This document shows, piece after piece, positions 61,988-64,000 of a stretch of 64,000 nt of DNA. The notes below the pieces were generated by a model that saw only the letters and a program-made list of their open reading frames with translations, did not search any database and had not been told where the DNA came from. Numbering within the stretch: the stretch's first letter is position 1; each line of letters starts with the position of its first letter. Source of the stretch: Octopus sinensis (lineage: Eukaryota); the NCBI RefSeq assembly GCF_006345805.1, contig NC_042997.1, positions 78,926,001 to 78,990,000 on the forward strand. The letters are read 5' to 3'. Both the position numbers and the translations under genes were made by a program.

Positions 61988-64000
61988 TAGATGGAGTTGC
62001 TTTCATTAGAGTTAAGATGCTTCATCTTTCTGTGATGTTAGGTGCAGGTCTAGCTTTCAATGGGACTTGTGGCAGTCCTAAAACCACTAGCAATAATATT
62101 TTTTTTGTCATGATATAAAGAAGAAAGGCTTAGAGAAGGGACTCATAGAAGCTGATGCATAAGGGGTATGTATATAACATACATATAATTTCTTGAGTAT
62201 TTTGGCATATATTTCTTTCATTATTGATAATTTCTAAAACATATATATTTTTAAATATATATATATAATCACATTTTCTAAATATTTTATTTTGTAGTCC
62301 AGCCAGAAATAATAAAATATTTCTTAGTTTGTCTTTGTTTATACAACTGATATATTCTAAATGCCCATAAAGCAGTCTTTGTAAAGTCATCAATCTCCAA
62401 AAAATAAGTCAAATCTTCCTCAGATCAAGTCAGAAGATCATATTAGATATCATCATCATCCAGTGTTTTTAATCTGGGTTTTGTTCCCGTTAACAGAGGT
62501 GGTTGGATCTACCTCAATGCCATTGCAACTGAGGTAGGCAGGTGCAACCCACCCCAGCCATTGGTCTGGTTGGTGCCCATTCTCCTTTGGTATCATGAGG
62601 CTTTCTTGGAGCTAGATTTTCTACAGGGAGCATGCCCTTACTTACCCCCAACCTCAGTTTCTAGACAAAAGTGGTCCCGAGACCAAGGCCTCTACCATGA
62701 TTTTAAAGAAATGTGGTGGAAAACTAGCTCAGGAAGGCAGGGACACTACTACCTGAGACCCCTTTTGGAGCCCCCTACCTAGATAATATAGTCCAAAATA
62801 TATAAAATAAACAGGATGGTCATGTCTAGAATGATTCTAGATTGGGGTTAAACAACAGTATGTAATTTCTAAATATTTATAATTAGAATTTCTTATTTTG
62901 TAATTTAATCAAGCATAAGAAAATATTTCTTAGCTTTGCTTCATTTTTCCAGGTAATATACATGAATGCTATGGGAAATTTTCGGTTACTAACCAGTGTA
63001 TTGAATTATAGTATACTTTCAATCTGTCCTGATAGCTATATTTCTCAGTTAAATGTTATCCAATACAACAACAGATTATAGCTGGTCAGCAAAAGACACT
63101 GATAAATAGTGGCTGATGTAATTGATTAGACCCCTTGGGGACTGTGCTTGAGCCTGTCTGTAGTGCAATTATTGAAACCAATTATTTTTATTAGGAACCT
63201 TAGTTATCTATCCTATTTATACACTGAAGGTATGATAGTTTTTCATGAAACCTCACATAAACCATGTCATTCATTTTTAGGTGACCTTCACATTGATTAG
63301 TCTTAATGATTACTCCATCTTCCTTAATATAACATTTGTCTTAACATAGTTTATGAATCATGGCAACAACTTTTTTCAACTATATTTTGTTCTCAACAAT
63401 GGAAAAAACAAAATTTCTTTAAATCTTCACAAACTACTCCTATCTTTTTTTTCCTATTTATTCTGATTATTTACTCAACTTTTGTTATAATCTTCTAGTA
63501 ATAAATGATACTTGATTAATTTTAGTTACAGACATCTTAAGTAATTGTAGGTCAACTTGATAGTTTCACATTATACACAGAGCTGGTTATTCTCCTGTTG
63601 TCCACTTAAATTCATATTTCTTCTGTTGCATAATTTCTTTAAGATGTAAAGCAGAACTGTTGTCATAAGAATGTTAATTTTCATGCTGAAAACATCCTGA
63701 TCCCCCAAACTCCCAGTGTTCATTGGTTTAATAGATTTGTTAGAAATAGATTTTTGTTGTGCTTAAGGTCAACAACACAGTATACATTATAAATATCAGC
63801 AAATTTTTATTGCTCCAAATGGTCCATCTCAGCAGAGCTTAATATACTTCATAGTACTTTTGATAATGGAAAGAAATACAACTTAATGATAATTCAATTT
63901 AGGATCTTATATCAAAATTTGGTTTTTACTGTTGTTACTAGTTTTTTTAGTATGACTTAGAGAAGAATATGACAGTTGAGAGATGAATGCTTCCCTTTTG

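Noticed and set aside
62951-63110. Possible later LIM exon (TTTTTCCAG then ...NAMGNF...)
   Set aside because: Resemblance to the ILQAxGKSYH exon is limited to AMG; no His/Cys ligands follow, and GT comes immediately after the AG.

Overview
Eukaryotic, AT-rich, repeat-saturated DNA. The SINE/LINE repertoire and huge (TA)n/(TATG)n microsatellites point to a coleoid cephalopod, probably Octopus (inference). The only host coding sequence I can support is two small + strand exons (42284-42385 and 60115-60182) that splice in frame into the complete first LIM domain of an Ajuba/LIMD1/WTIP-family protein. No preceding exon is visible, so most of the window is probably intron (one intron possibly >42 kb, the next 17.7 kb). 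The rest is a mosaic of mobile elements: RTE-clade LINEs and their short derivatives, three copies of a CR1/L2-group LINE, a Penelope-like element, Helitrons, piggyBac MITEs, DD34D and DD41D Tc1/mariner elements, tRNA-derived SINEs and several large inverted repeats. There is one 100-N assembly gap. Most notable: (1) a LINE ORF1 combining a Myb/SANT-trihelix-like domain with a CCCH zinc finger; (2) a minimal, dimer-type hammerhead ribozyme with a variant core at the Penelope 3' end; (3) a foldback element with about 1-kb arms, plus several other hairpin-forming structures; (4) an RTE system with tandem 5' monomers, a 62-bp 3' VNTR and a bipartite 5'+3' non-autonomous derivative. All coordinates were read by eye and no database searches were run.
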